NCBI GenBank assembly: GCA_023920165.1 | Contig: CP089277.1 | Coordinates: 1,178,001 to 1,242,000, forward strand | From: Curvularia clavata | Lineage: Eukaryota | Length of the DNA: 64,000 nt | Direction of reading: 5' to 3' | Shown here: in pieces, positions 46,761 through 60,143 of the stretch | How positions within the stretch are numbered: position 1 is the stretch's first letter | Layout of the letters: every line of letters begins with the position of its first letter | Notes under the pieces: generated by a model | Told to the model about the DNA's origin: nothing | Database searches by the model: none | Seen by the model: only the letters and a program-made list of their open reading frames with translations | Translations under genes and position numbers: made by a program

Positions 46761-49700
46761 ATGTCTCGCCGGGACGACGATCTGGCGTACGGTGAGTACA
46801 ATGAGGGACAGGAGGGCGATCGCGGCCTCATAGGCGACATGGGCCGGCGTTTTGGTTTTGGCAAAAAAGAGGTCAGTACCAACTTCTCTTCCACTGCCAT
46901 GCTGTCATTGCATGCCTGGTGTCCAGCAGCTTGATCCAACCCTGGGACTGCCCCACCATAAATAGTCAAAGCGCCAGCCCGGCCTTGTCATTCACCAATC
47001 TTGCCTGTCTTCCTTGTCTAGTGTTCACCGCCTAGTGTCCGATCTAGACGCCTCAAGGGAAGCTTAGATCTCGAATGAAGCCCCTCCTAACTTAGCATAC
47101 ACAGAATTCCCCGTCCCAGTCCTCATCCTCACACCAAGGCGGCGGTATGTCGTTCTTCAAGAAGATTCATGACCCTCTCCATGGCTTCGTCTCCGACTTG
47201 AAAGATGCCATTACTGGCGATGACGACAAAAACAACAACAATCAACAAAACCCTCAAGCAGGCTCGTACCAGCAAACAGGACAGCCCCAGGCCACCCAAG
47301 AGTACCATCAACAGCACCGCTTCTCCAGCTTTGCCCCCGAACGACATGGCAACGAGACCAAGTGGTACGTGGACGGATGCTCGTACATGTACGCCGTCTC
47401 TATAGCTCTTGAGCGCGCCAAAGAGTCCATCTGGATCCTAGACTGGTGGCTCTCACCAGAGCTCTATCTTCGCCGACCTCCTGCCAAGAACCAGCAGTAC
47501 CGTGTCGACCGAATGCTGCAGGCGGCAGCCGAACGTGGAGTCAAGGTCAATATCATTGTTTACAAGGAGGTTACCCAAGCCCTTACTCGTAAGTTACTGA
47601 CTCCGCTGCTTCCCAACTATCTTCATTCTCTTCTCCCGATTTCGACGGACATGTTTACCAAAGCGCTTACGCGCATCGGCCTCGATGTCATATTCAAATC
47701 ACTTGAAGAGTGGGAAAAGACAGATCCGCTGATTGCCCCACCCATTACAGTCTCCTCGTCTCACACCAAACACCATTTGGAAGATCTTCATCCAAACATT
47801 GGTGTTTTCCGACACCCTGATCACCTGCCAGACGCCGCTGTGCTGCAGTCGTCTTTCTTCGCCTCCATGAAGAATATGTCTTTTACTCCAGCATCCCTCG
47901 CTCAGCTTCCAGGCGATGGCCTCAAGGCAATCTATGGTGCCCATGAGGGCACCGTCATGTACTGGGCCCACCATGAAAAGCTCTGCTTGGTCGACGGCCA
48001 TATTGCTTTCATGGGAGGACTGGACCTGTGCTACGGTCGATGGGACACAAACCAGCACGCAATTGCTGACGCTCATCCCGGAAACATTGACAGAATCGTC
48101 TTCCCAGGCCAGGACTTTAACAATGCTCGAATGATGGGTAAGTTGGAATCTATTGCTCTGTTGGCTAAGGCTTGATGCACTAATGATACTAACTTGAAAA
48201 CAGATTTCCAGGATGTATCCAACTGGGAAAACAACAAGCTGGACAGGACCCAAAGCTCTCGCATGGGATGGTCTGATGTCGCCTTGTGTCTCTCTGGTCC
48301 AGTTGTTCAGGATCTTCGTACTCATTTCACACAGCGCTGGAACTTCATCTATGATGAGAAGTACAGCAAGAAGGCTACCAGATACTCCAGACTACCCGAT
48401 ACCAATAGTGGTGCTCAGGAATCGCCAATGCAACAGCGAGGCTTTGAAGGAGAGGAAGGAGAGGGTGAACGGGGACTTTTTGGTCACGGCGGGCTACGCC
48501 AGAAGATGTATAACAAGTTCGAACAGCATGGACAGCATGGACAGCATGGACAGGAGTATGGCTCGCACCATGAGCAGCAGCAATACTCGCACGGAGAACA
48601 TGGCTCGCAAAGGGGTAGTGTTGACTGCCAAATCACACGCAGTTCCGCCAAATGGAGCCACAACCTTATCAACACTGAGGTCAGTAAAACATGAGGTAAC
48701 CTTGGAAAAAGCGTAAACTGACAACTGGTTGCAGCATTCAATTCAAAATGCGTACTGCGAGATCATCCGCAACAGCAAGCACTTCATCTACATTGAGAAC
48801 CAGTTTTTCATCACTGCCACGGGTGACCAGCAGAAGCCGATCAAGAACCAGATTGGTGCAGCTATTGTTGAACGCATCATTCGCGCAGCCAGAAACGGCG
48901 AGAAGTACAGGATGATCATCGCGATTCCTGCTGTCCCGGCGTTTGCTGGTGACCTGAAGCTCGACGAAGCACTCGGCACCCGCGCTATCATGGAATGTGA
49001 GTAGACATGGATAGGTGTGCTGAAACCATTTACCATAATACGTTGCTGACTACGTTTTGAACAGTTCAATACGATTCCATCAACCGCGGCGGTCATTCGA
49101 TCTATGAAGAGATCGCCAAGGCTGGATTCAACCCAATGGACTACATCCGGTTCTATAACCTCCGCAGCTACGACCGTATCAACTCTAGTTCAGTGATGCG
49201 CGAAGCAGAGGAGCGCAGCGGTGTTTCCTACACTCAAGCCCAACAAGGCTACGACGCTACTCACGACAGTGCTCGTGACTACCAGGCTTATCGCCCACCG
49301 CCTACTCAGGAATATGGCGTATACGAGATGGATGGTTCCTCCAGCGGTCCTCAATACTCGCAGTACGACGGCCCACAAAGCCAAGGTAGACCAAGCGATT
49401 ACAATCGTTACCAGCAGGAAGCAGTCAAGGTAGGTGGACGACAGGGACTTGGTGATGGACGATGGGACACTGTCAGCGAGTGTTACATGCTCGGAGGAGA
49501 GGACATCCGCAACGTGCCTTGGGAAGGCAGTGCCGACGCAGAGATGGATGCTTTTGTATCTGAAGAGCTATACATCCACAGCAAGCTCCTGATTGCTGAT
49601 GACCAGACTGTCATCTGTGGATCTGCAAACCTCAACGACCGCTCTCAGCTTGGCGACCACGACTCTGAGATCGCAATTATCATCCAGGATCCCAAGACAG

Positions 49701-50260
49701 TGGAGTCCTACATGGATGGACAGCCATGGCGCGCATCCGAGTTTGCTGCATCCCTCCGAAGAGAGATCTTCCGAAAGCATCTCGGCTTGCTTAAGCCCCA
49801 AGACATGGAGCGTCCAGATGCGAACTATGAACCTGTTGGAATCCCTAACCAGTACGATTGGGGATCACCAGAGGACCGCCAGGTTGTTGACCCCTTGTCT
49901 GACGAGTTCTGGAACATGTGGAACTGGAGAGCGCACACCAACACGCAAGCTTTTGGCAAGGTGTTCCATCCTGTACCCACCGACGAAGTCAAGAACTGGA
50001 AGCAGTATGATCAGTACTACTCTCGCTTCTTCGGCCAGGATGAGAAGGCGAAGGAGGAGAAGAAACCCTCGTTGTACAAGTGGGGCCATGTTGTCGCCGA
50101 GAACTTCAGTCCTGGCGAGCAGGGTGTGCGTGAAGTCAAGGAGATCCTTAGCACTATCAAGGGAAACCTTGTCGAGATGCCATTGCTCTTCTTGAAAGAA
50201 GAAGACATTGCTAAGGAGGGCGTGGGACTCAACGCTCTTACAGAGGAGATTTACACTTAG
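46761..50260 (+). CDS. Phospholipase D lacking obvious PX/PH domains, 5 introns
   Basis: Two HKD motifs (HEKLCLVD, HSKLLIAD), WWLSPELYLRRP, GGLDLCYGRWDT, IYIENQFF, GSANLNDRS. Confidence 0.94.
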
Positions 50261-50563
50261 TTTAACGGACTGGATATGGCACAATGAGGTGTGTAGGTCG
50301 GATTTGGATAGTTACAGGCCTATACTACAATCAAGGATCAAAGACAAAAACGTCCATCTAGAGAAGCTGTTGTGGTGCGAATCGTAGTAGAGAGTTGTGG
50401 ATGCCGAACTAGCGGCTTCCTGGACGCTGGCGAGAACCTCGTAGCGGCGGGTGTTCAACATTAGCGCTGATCGCCCCTGGGTAAGCGTCGCGCATGTGAA
50501 CTCCCCCGGATTCGCGCAACTCTTGTGCGAGTTATCTCGGGCGCACGAACTCTAGTGGGCGCG

Positions 50564-51765
50564 ATGCCTCGACTAATGACCGCTCGCAATGCTGCAGTAC
50601 TTGTCAACATAGTACTCCTCACTGCGCTCTTCTTCCATCTGAAGTACGAGCTCTGGGACAAGAGCGCCGCGGCGCCCGAACCAGCCAGTCTGCCACACCT
50701 CCCTGACGAAATCTACGACGAACAACGACCCGACGAATCGTCGCACGAGGCAAAAGGAAAGCCTCTTCAGGCCAACGAAGGCATCCAAGAACGCAGAACC
50801 GCAGTAGTAGTGGCCAGTCAGCGCGGCGAAAACGTGACGTGGCTCGACGAATACTTTCCAACATGGGAGAAGAATATCTACAGAGTGGACGATCAGGATG
50901 CGCCGCTTACCGTACCTATGAACAAGGGGCGGGAGAGCATGGCATATTTGACGTGTGTAAAGACCATCTTGCGTAAACAGCCACGATCCACAGAAACTAA
51001 CATTGGGTTGGTCACAGTTACATTATCGATCATTACGCGTCCCTCCCTGATAACGTCCTCTTCCTGCACCCCACCCGCTACCAATGGCACAATGACGACC
51101 CCGATTACGACGGCCTGCCCATGCTGCGCCACTTCCAGATCCCTTACCTTGAAAAAGAAGGATATGTCAACATACGCTGTGCGTGGTCCATGGGGTGTCC
51201 GAATGAGATTAAGCCGTTAGCGGAAGCGGGCGAACACAGGGAGGCTGTACATGCTGGAGGAGACTACAAAAAGGCGTTTGAGCACTTGTTTCCAGGCAAG
51301 GAGGTGCCGGCTGTGGTGGGAGTGAGCTGCTGTGCGCAGTTTGCGGCGACGAAGGAGAAGATTAGGGAGAGGAAGAAAGAGGAGTATGAAAGGTATAGGA
51401 AGTGGATTATGGAGACAGACCTTAGTGACGCGATAAGTGGGAGGGTATTTGAGTACTCCTGGCACAGTAAGTGGTCCTTTTACTGTCAGCTTGTGACTCG
51501 CGCGATTGAGTTGCATGTGGTTGCACTTTTTATGGTGCCTTTGGTCATGGCTAATCGCGCAACAGTGATTTTTGGCAAGCCTCCTGTACACTGCCCCGAC
51601 GCAAAGACTTGCTACTGTAATGTGTTTGGCCTCTGCGACTTAACTTGCAAAGATGTAGGAGACTGCGGACGATTTATCCTACCGCCCTACTCGGTTCTGC
51701 CGCAGGGCTGGCCTTTTAAGGGGTGGGACGGCAAGGAACGTCAACGAGCTGGTTCGGAAGATTGA
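50564..51765 (+). CDS. DUF3431 family protein with N-terminal signal anchor, 2 introns
   Basis: NKGRESMAYLT|YIIDHY, FLHPTRYQWHNDD, GYVNIRC, CCAQFAAT, GRVFEYSWH|MIFG. Confidence 0.88.
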
Positions 51766-53397
51766 GCTGCTATGGTGGGCACATTGCTCAGCCGCTGTGC
51801 CCTTGTCAGCACGGTTGTGAGCAGCCGTCAATACCCCGAAGGAGACAGCAGAGCCTCATCCATTACGCCATCGCTCACTGCTAGCCGCTTAGCCTGATAC
51901 TAGAAATCATGACTTGCTCCGGAAGTATGCCTCGTGTTGTCTCTGCATGCCGCAGTATACGGCCACGGCACACAGGCTGCAAATCACTCTGGCAGCAGGT
52001 CGTTGCAAGAGTAGGTCATATGGGCGGAGTGTTACAAAAAGCACGGCATCGTGGTGCAAGGATTACTCCTGTACTCCGAAATCAACAAGTACGGCCACGT
52101 AGAGCAGATTCGCCTAGCAGGCCCTCGTTACTACCTACGTAGTATGTGGGCGCTAATCACTTGGCACACGAGTCTTTCTTTTCCTACAAAACAGCCCACC
52201 ATCTCATGATGGCTGGGAGAGTTCAGCCAGCCTTCTCGTAAGAGCCTCATCGCAAGCATGTGTCTACAAATCGCCTAGCAGTAGGCTACACTCATGCCAA
52301 ATTCTATTCATCTCATTGAACAAAAGGCACCAATGGTTCTCTGTGCAACCTTGTCCTTCGTACAACCCGCGTATGTAGCCGTGTGCATGGCGATGCACCT
52401 AGGAAATGCACCCGCGCTCCGCGAATCCTACTGCAATGCAAAGCAGGATAAGGGTGTCCGCTGCACAAACTAGACCGAGATTAGGCACCGTACCTCGCAC
52501 TAGATGCATCATGTGTGTGCGTCACGCTGGTCGTTGGGATCAGGCTGAGCATTAGTACTATCCTGCTGAGCCTGGCTCGGTCGGACAAGGCTGGACCTGA
52601 GCAAGCTCAAGAGCCGCTTAATTTACCGGCTGAGTAAAATCGAAGTAAATCAGCAGGGGTATAGACGGTACGGACTACGTATGTGTGACAAGAGGCTTAA
52701 CCGTTGGGTGGCTGTACGGCGATGATTAAGTGCGGGGGTGGGTAGGAGGACCAGAACCCTGTACCTAGATGCTGTAGAGGATATGTGGCGCTCGTTAGAC
52801 TACCTAGACACAGGGAAAGTACTCATGCAATGCACCGCTTCTCTCTCCTCAGATGTGATGCGGCTCCAAAATCTTGGCGCTGACTAGGAGGTGAGATGGG
52901 AATGTTGATGCTTTGAATAGGTCACTGGGTGTGGAGGATTCATATGTCGTGTGCTCTATCTCGTTGGTAGACAAACAGCAGAATCACGGTCCTGGGCCTT
53001 GGTCGCACGCGGAGGGGCCTTGCCAGTGTGGTTTGTTTGTCCAGATTCTCAGCCTGATGACCGAGACAGTCGAGTGGGGGTGTGGCTTAACGCTAATTGG
53101 TTATATCGTCAGAGTTGGTTAAAGCTTGAAGGGATAAGGGTCATCCCTAGTTAGATGATGCGGCTCTGCTGCGAAGGAAACTGCACCTCGTAGATGTACT
53201 AAAAAGGGCGTGGTTACAGCAAGACGTCCTCCTTGAGTTTACTTACACCATCTCATTTTGCTTTGAATCTATAAAAAATTGAAAATCTGTGTCTCACACA
53301 TCGCCTTTTGCTTTTGAGCTTGTTAAAAAAGAGAGCTGTTTATTTACTATTTGCCAGCTCCTGGTTGAACGCAACACCCTCTGTCTATACCAGTTCT

Positions 53398-55342
53398 ATG
53401 AGTCCCACCCTGGACCATCTCCCCTTCGACATCCTGTTCTGCATTGCTTCCAACCTGAGTCTCGAAGACATTGTGCATCTGGGCCAGACATGTCGGCAGC
53501 TAGGTGCTCTGCTTGACGAAAGGACAGTTTGCAGAAGCATCATCGAAGTAAGCACAGCGACGTGGGCAGTGCTTACAGGCCAATTGCTGACAGCTACTCT
53601 CTGCAAAGATCGATTTTCCGTATACGGAAGAAGCGGTATTGGCCAGAGCGCAGAAGATGACGTACAAGCAAGCTATGAAAGCGATTTATGCGAGAAGACA
53701 TGCATTGTCTACTGCGAGTCCTTTCTCAGCAAGCGTCTGGGGCTCTGGAAATGGTTTTGTGTATGGGCAGGGTATGCTCTGCGTGCTGCAAGGCCAGACT
53801 GTGCGGATGTCAGATTTACGCTTACAGTCGCGTGACCTCCATCTCGACCTCGGGGCTATTGTCGGACCTTTTCTAGGGCCTTCCTGGTCATCGCCTGGAG
53901 ACTTCGACGTGGAGTTACTCAACTATGCGGATGGAATCCTCGCGATCCATGTTACACAAGGCGGTTCGGCCGATGGTGGTTACATTGTCGTTCTCAATGT
54001 GGCACAAGAACTTCATGATAATAGAAGGGTGATCCAGGTCGCAAGGCTAACTTCAAGCTCGAAGCTTTTTGTCAGACACACCGCTGATTTTCTCTACTAC
54101 GGCACACATACAGGCAGAGGAAATGACGGTCACCATAAATGGGAAATTGACGGTATATGTCTGAACAAGAAGACGAGACTACCAGATGGAACCAAACGGC
54201 TGCTACTGGACAACTTTCACGGATCCGATATTGGTTCCACGGTCGCGTTCGAAATACATAATGGATACTTTTATGCAGTCTCCAACCAAGGTACTTTTGA
54301 AGTGGAGGAAATTGACTACACTTCTTTCTACCATGTTGTTCGTTTCCCGATCCACTCGCCATTGACAACCAGCGTGGAAAGGAACGAGAGGCTGTACCGT
54401 AGACAGCACAGACAGGGACCTATACACGACTCGTGGACCGATCTGACGCTGCAGCGAGATGAACGTACAAATGATACGGTGATTGTGGAGGCACGGCGAG
54501 AATGGGCTGAAGCGTCTTCCCGTCAATCACGCACCTTCTACGTGACGAAACTGGAATTTGGCAGTCAAAACGGTACAAATGACCTTATTAATGATGAACT
54601 GATGCTACCGGAAGACGACATCTACCTTCCGGTAATTGATTCATCTAATAAGCCTCAGTGGAAGCCCACGCCGGATCTGTTTAGCTGGAGCCAGCACACA
54701 GAGTTTTGCAGTGCTGATCCTGCGCCACGCTCCTTTATGCTTGCCAGAACAAAGTTTAGAGCATATAACTATGGGTGCACTACGTTTGTCGATTTGGTGG
54801 AGGACGAAGGGTGCTGTAACGACGCTTCGAAGCCGCCTTGCCTTAGGCTCCGAGTAGGATCGCGCCGCGAGATAGGCATTACCGATTCTCCAAAAAAAGA
54901 CAAGGGGAAGTCTACTATTTTTCATACGACGAGGCCAAATTTCGTAGATAGTGGGACGCGATACCGGCAGTCACCGATTCGTATGTGGCCGCCGATAGCA
55001 TCTCGTTGCCCTTGTTCGCAGCGTCTACACGATATACTTAACCCGTCATTGTCGTCGAGTGGGACATGGTATACAAGAAGCGTCACTGGAGTGCTTGACG
55101 AACAGCGCCTTGTCGCCATGGTCAAAGCAGGGCGTTCTTATGGGCCAAACAAGGATAGAGCATTGGGCACTGTCATTATCATAGACTTTACTCGTCTAAC
55201 GGACAACAGAACCAGCGCGCAGTCAGCTCTTAGTGGTCCGGCATGGAATAAAAGAAGTGATAGTAGAATGGAATCAGGGTCCAGCCTCGAGTGGAAATGG
55301 GAGCCAGGGCTTGCAAGGCTATGCAAGGCTCGAACATGCTAA
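53398..55342 (+). CDS. F-box domain protein, 1 intron (approx. 53548-53607)
   Basis: N-terminal LDHLPFDILFCIASNLSLEDIVHLGQTCRQL F-box spliced in frame to a 567-aa ORF. Confidence 0.85.
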
Positions 55343-56058
55343 TGAACAACAGAGGTGCACTGTAGGCTGCGAACGAGGGGGGCGTAGGAACGAAAGGAAT
55401 TTGAGGCCCCGCTGGTGCGCCCACGACGTACAGATCCATACAAGAAGGCAGTCTTTTGCCTAGTGGGATATGCTGCAAGGCGCGATGCATACATACCGTA
55501 TGTACAAGTATGCGTATGCATGCAGAGTCCTGGCTGCGAGGCTCCTGCATGGTTCCTTAGCCCCCAACCGTACCTTGCTGCATTCGATAAGGCAAATAAT
55601 CGTATCTCTTATTGGGACAAGAACTCTGTATTTTTCCGTTATCGCTAAATGCAGCCGTGTGCATGCAAGACGTCGGGACGATCTCGAGGGAATTAACACG
55701 CGTACTTTGTTTGACTTGTTTGCAGCGCCTATGACGCAAGCCCAGCCTTCACCCCCAATTCATCGTGAAGTGATAGTCGTGGATAAAACCAAGGTACACG
55801 GCTCGACCGTGCCGCGGTTAGGCGGCCGCGATAAATTGTTCAATAGGGGATCGTCTCGTGGAGTGACACAGGCTGTGCTGTCAATGTTGAAACTGGGACA
55901 GGCCCCGACACACCTACGTCATGGCCACTACCTGCCCGCCTTGATAACACACGAGCACGGCCGCGTCGATTCCACACAAACTCACCAAGCTTTACTTCTA
56001 CTTTCTGCATAGATAAACTTGTCCCTGAACAGCTCAGCCAGCACTAATCGTAGTAACA

Positions 56059-57255
56059 ATGGAGACTATTACCAATCTTGCGTCTACTGCCACTACGGCA
56101 GCCTCCAAGCTCATCTATGGCAACCAAACACAGAACAACGAGACCGCCGGCAAGGAGCCAGTCTCAGGCGAGAAGGGCGCAGGCACTGCCACAGATCCCT
56201 ACGACCAAGGCAATGCTGGTGAGTTTGCAATCTTTCTCCCCTATCTTGTAGCACGTGCTGAACTTACTACGCAGCAACCCCTCTAGCTACAGCTGACAAG
56301 GCTGACTTCATCGACTCTTCGAACAACGAGACGGCAGGCAAGGAGCCTGTGTCGGGAGTGCTGGGCAGCGGTACTGCCACCGAGCCGTTTGATCAGGGCA
56401 ACAATGGTGAGTCTTGCCCATTTATCCATAGCTTTACTCTTAAAAGTAGCGGTATTTGTCACAGTTGCCTTTTAGCTGACTTTTCAAGCCAACGCGACCG
56501 AGAAGGTAGCTGAGAAGACGTCCCGCTCAGATAGCTTCCTGAAGCTGGACCCTGTTCACCAAACCCAGGCCGAGACAACCACCTCTGCTCCTACCACTGG
56601 CAAGGATGACACGTCCAATGTTGGCATGCCCATTACGTCACTCGCTCCCGACACTGCTGTTCTGAGCAGCGAAACCACATCGAACACAACTGAGGCTACT
56701 AGTGTTACGGACAAGGTCTGGAAGGAGAACCCACTGGATGATATCAGCCGTTCTGGCGCTCCAGGGGCTGGTCCTGAGGCTCCCAGCAATGTCACTGCTG
56801 CGACTCCCGATGCTGCGGCAACTACAACCACAGCCACCAGCACCGATGCTGCTATCAAGACCTCGGCTCCCGACTCAGTGACAGCTTCGTCTGGGGTATA
56901 CTCTGGCTCCGAGCCGCGTTCAGAGGATGACGCTGGCATCAAGACCGAGGCAGAGAAGGAGTCTGAGAAGCGTGATACCCCAGCGTGGACAGACACTGGC
57001 GTCCCTTCGGACAGCACCAAGTATGAGCAGGATGTCGCCATACAGAATGCAGCCTCTCCCAAGGAGTCCAAGAGTACGTTGACACAAAATGCTGGGCGTG
57101 TTCTAAGCAGTACTGACGGTGTAGCAGGCGCGTTAGAGAAGGAGACCAGTCGCAAGTCCGAGTCTACCGAGGGCAACGAGGAGAAGGGCAGCAAGATGTC
57201 ACACCTGAAGGAGAAGATGAAGAACAAGCTTCACATTGGCTCCAAGGACAAATAG
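56059..57255 (+). CDS. Hydrophilic Thr/Ser/Gly-rich protein with a duplicated NETAGKEPVSG...DQGN repeat, 2 introns
   Basis: Spliced ORF with two ~28-aa repeats and C-terminal KEKMKNKLHIG. Confidence 0.78.
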
Positions 57256-57870
57256 GCTCCGGTAGCAGCCCGCTACAGTATTTGTTTGACGACAGACGAG
57301 AGATATGATACCACGGCGACAGACGCCCTACTTACGATGAAACTTCCTGTAATAACATGTTCTTCAGATAGTTAATATAATGAATTGAGCAAAGAAAAAA
57401 GGCGCGTTTCCTTACGTATTCTTTCTATCACCCAATCACTGCCGCAGCTCAGCCTCGTGGCACTAACTAGAGCTTAGCGGGCCGTGTCGGCAATCTGACG
57501 TTGCATGCGACTATGCCCAACAACCACTCCGCCTCATCACACGCCTCACTTGCCACCTGGGCACATCACATTGACACGGGTTGGGAAACTGAACGGATTG
57601 GACGGGGGTCCTTGTATCACGCGACGGCCTATCTGCTGTGGCTCTGACCCACACCTTATCCGTTCTAGACCCTGCATTTACAGACAAAAGTAGGTTAACG
57701 GTGAGGCATTAGTTTAGTTGCAAAGCCGGCGCTGTACCTTTTCTACCCTTTGGACACTACTTCGCGGCTTTCTGATTGCTTTTTCTTTCGTGGATTTGGA
57801 TATCTGTTTTCGTTGTTGAGTTTTCGTTGGTATTTTCTCTGATAGTATACGCGCAGCTTCATTACTTATC

Positions 57871-59638
57871 ATGGGCAATATCGGGAACGAGAATGCGGTT
57901 CGGAGTGCTGACAGGACAAATCATGATAGAACAACCCCTGAGAGCGACACTCGTATAGCAAGAGATTTATCGAGCTCGCCTCATCGCAAAGGTTACATGG
58001 ACGAAGCAAAGATGATACGAAGAGCAGCGGGCAAGATTCCAAACGTTTGTATTGTTGGCGCGGGGGTGGCGGGACTGAGATGTGCAGATGTGCTGTTGAA
58101 GCAGGGCGCTAAGGTTACGATAATAGAGGGGAGGAATAGAGTTGGTGGGAGGGTGAGTATTTGGGAAATTAACCCCGTTCGAGAGGGGGTGCGTGCTAAG
58201 AGGTTGTAGTTGTGCCAGAGTAATGCCCTGGGCCACTTAGTCGATCTGTAAGTCTCTGATACTGCCAGGTTCTTCATTTTCGAATAAATGACCCTACGTA
58301 CTGACAAACTCGGGAAGCGGCCCAAACTGGATACATGGCACTGATGACAATCCCATTCTTGATCTCGCCAAGGAAACACAGACTGTGACCATGAACTGGG
58401 ATGGCCGACAGTCTGTTTTCGACAGTGCAGGAAAGCAAATGCCTGACGAACAAGCTGCTGAGAATACGGAGCATGTTTGGAACATCATCGAGCAAGCTAT
58501 GAAGTTTTCAAACAAGGAGTCGGCTACAATACCGACGGAGAAGAGCTTATATGACTACTTCCAGGAGCAGGTTGCGACGATGTTTCCTGGCAATAACGAA
58601 GAATTAAAGAAGAAGCGCCAAACCATTCTCGACATGGCTGAAATGTGGGGTGCCTTCGTTGGCTCACCAATACAGACACAGAGTCTAAAGTTCTTCTGGC
58701 TCGAGGAATGCATCGACGGCGAGAATCTCTTCGTTGCCTCGACATACGACAAGATTCTGAAGAAGATTGCCGAACCAGCACTGAAACATGCTACAATACT
58801 CTTCGAGCACAAGGTCAAAACCATCACCTCACAGGAGAGCAACGGACAAACCAGCGTTACGCTCGAGCTTGAAGGCAGGCGAAGTATGACCTTCGACGAA
58901 GTTGTCATGACGGCCCCACTAGGTTGGCTAAAACGAAACATGTCTGCTTTCACCCCCGAGCTACCAGCCCGCTTCCAAAAAGCCGTCGAAAACCTGGGCT
59001 ACGGCCACTTGGATAAAGTCTACGTTACCTTCCCCACTGCTTTCTGGGACACGCCATCACAATCAGCGCCGAGCCACTCAACTCACTGGCCCGGCTTCAC
59101 CCACTGGCCGCACCCAACCTTTACCCCCAGCACAAACCCACAAGCCTGGAACCAAGAAGCTGTCAACCTCGCTGCCCTTCCCCATTCAACCGCGCACCCA
59201 ACCCTCCTCTTCTACACCTATGGCCCTACAAGCCAACATCTCGGCTCTCGCCTCTCTTCCCTCCCATCTTCCAAGCACACCGAAGCTCTCCTCGCCTTCT
59301 TCACGCCGTACTTCTCCCTCTTACCTAACTACTCTCCTTCGAATCCATCCTGCCATCCTACAGCCGTACTAGCTACAGCATGGGCAAACGACGAGTTAGC
59401 GGGTTACGGATCTTATTGTAATTTTCAAACTGGATTGGAGAAGGGGGATGAGGATATCGAGACGTTAAGGAAGGGATTGCCGGAGAGAGGCATCTGGGTT
59501 GCAGGAGAGCATTGTGCGCCGTTTGTGGCGCTGGGGACGGTGACGGGAGCATACTGGAGTGGGGAGGGTGTTGGTAAGAGGGTGGGGGAAGTTTGGGGTC
59601 TGAGTGGTAGAGGTGGAGGGGATGTTGATGAGGTTTGA
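57871..59638 (+). CDS. Flavin-containing amine oxidase (polyamine oxidase/Fms1-like), 2 introns
   Basis: CIVGAGVAGL, EGRNRVGGR, DL|GPNWIHG, PLGWLK, GSYCNF, AGEH...GTVTGAYWSG; start could instead be a downstream Met. Confidence 0.9.
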
Positions 59639-60143
59639 AAGGGTTTAGGGTGTATATAGTGTGTTGTGGTGATATAGGGGATAAGGGGAGTGTTGTCTGC
59701 CACTCTTGCAGATTTCGTGACCATTTCAAGCGTTATGCTTTTGTTTTTCAGACCTTGGACTATGACATGGGTTAGAGAGAGACAGTATCAGCATAGAGAC
59801 ACCACAGTAACGTCACAGTTCAGACTCAATCCCGTGCTATAAAAATGATGGCTTGCATATTCAAAGGATCGCTAGCTACTAGGAAACAAATTCACCTACA
59901 CCCACCCATTGTACCATCGTTGACTCTTCGCTCGTCCGATCTGAGCATTGCTTCGATGGTATCTACGCTCCCTCCCTAAACAGCCTACAACATCCGTCCC
60001 GGTCCTTATGCTCGGGGCACTTGATCTGTAGTACCACCACTCAGCTGGCGGGCGGTTCAATCATCGCACCGTCGCATTCTCTGCTCATGCCGTTCAAGTG
60101 ACTTCGAGTGTAAAGCTGATATGCGGCCTCGGAGAACGTCGTT

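Noticed and set aside
48522..48553. (ACAGCATGG)n tandem repeat
   Set aside because: Ordinary coding low-complexity repeat (QHG) inside PLD; not a CRISPR-like array.
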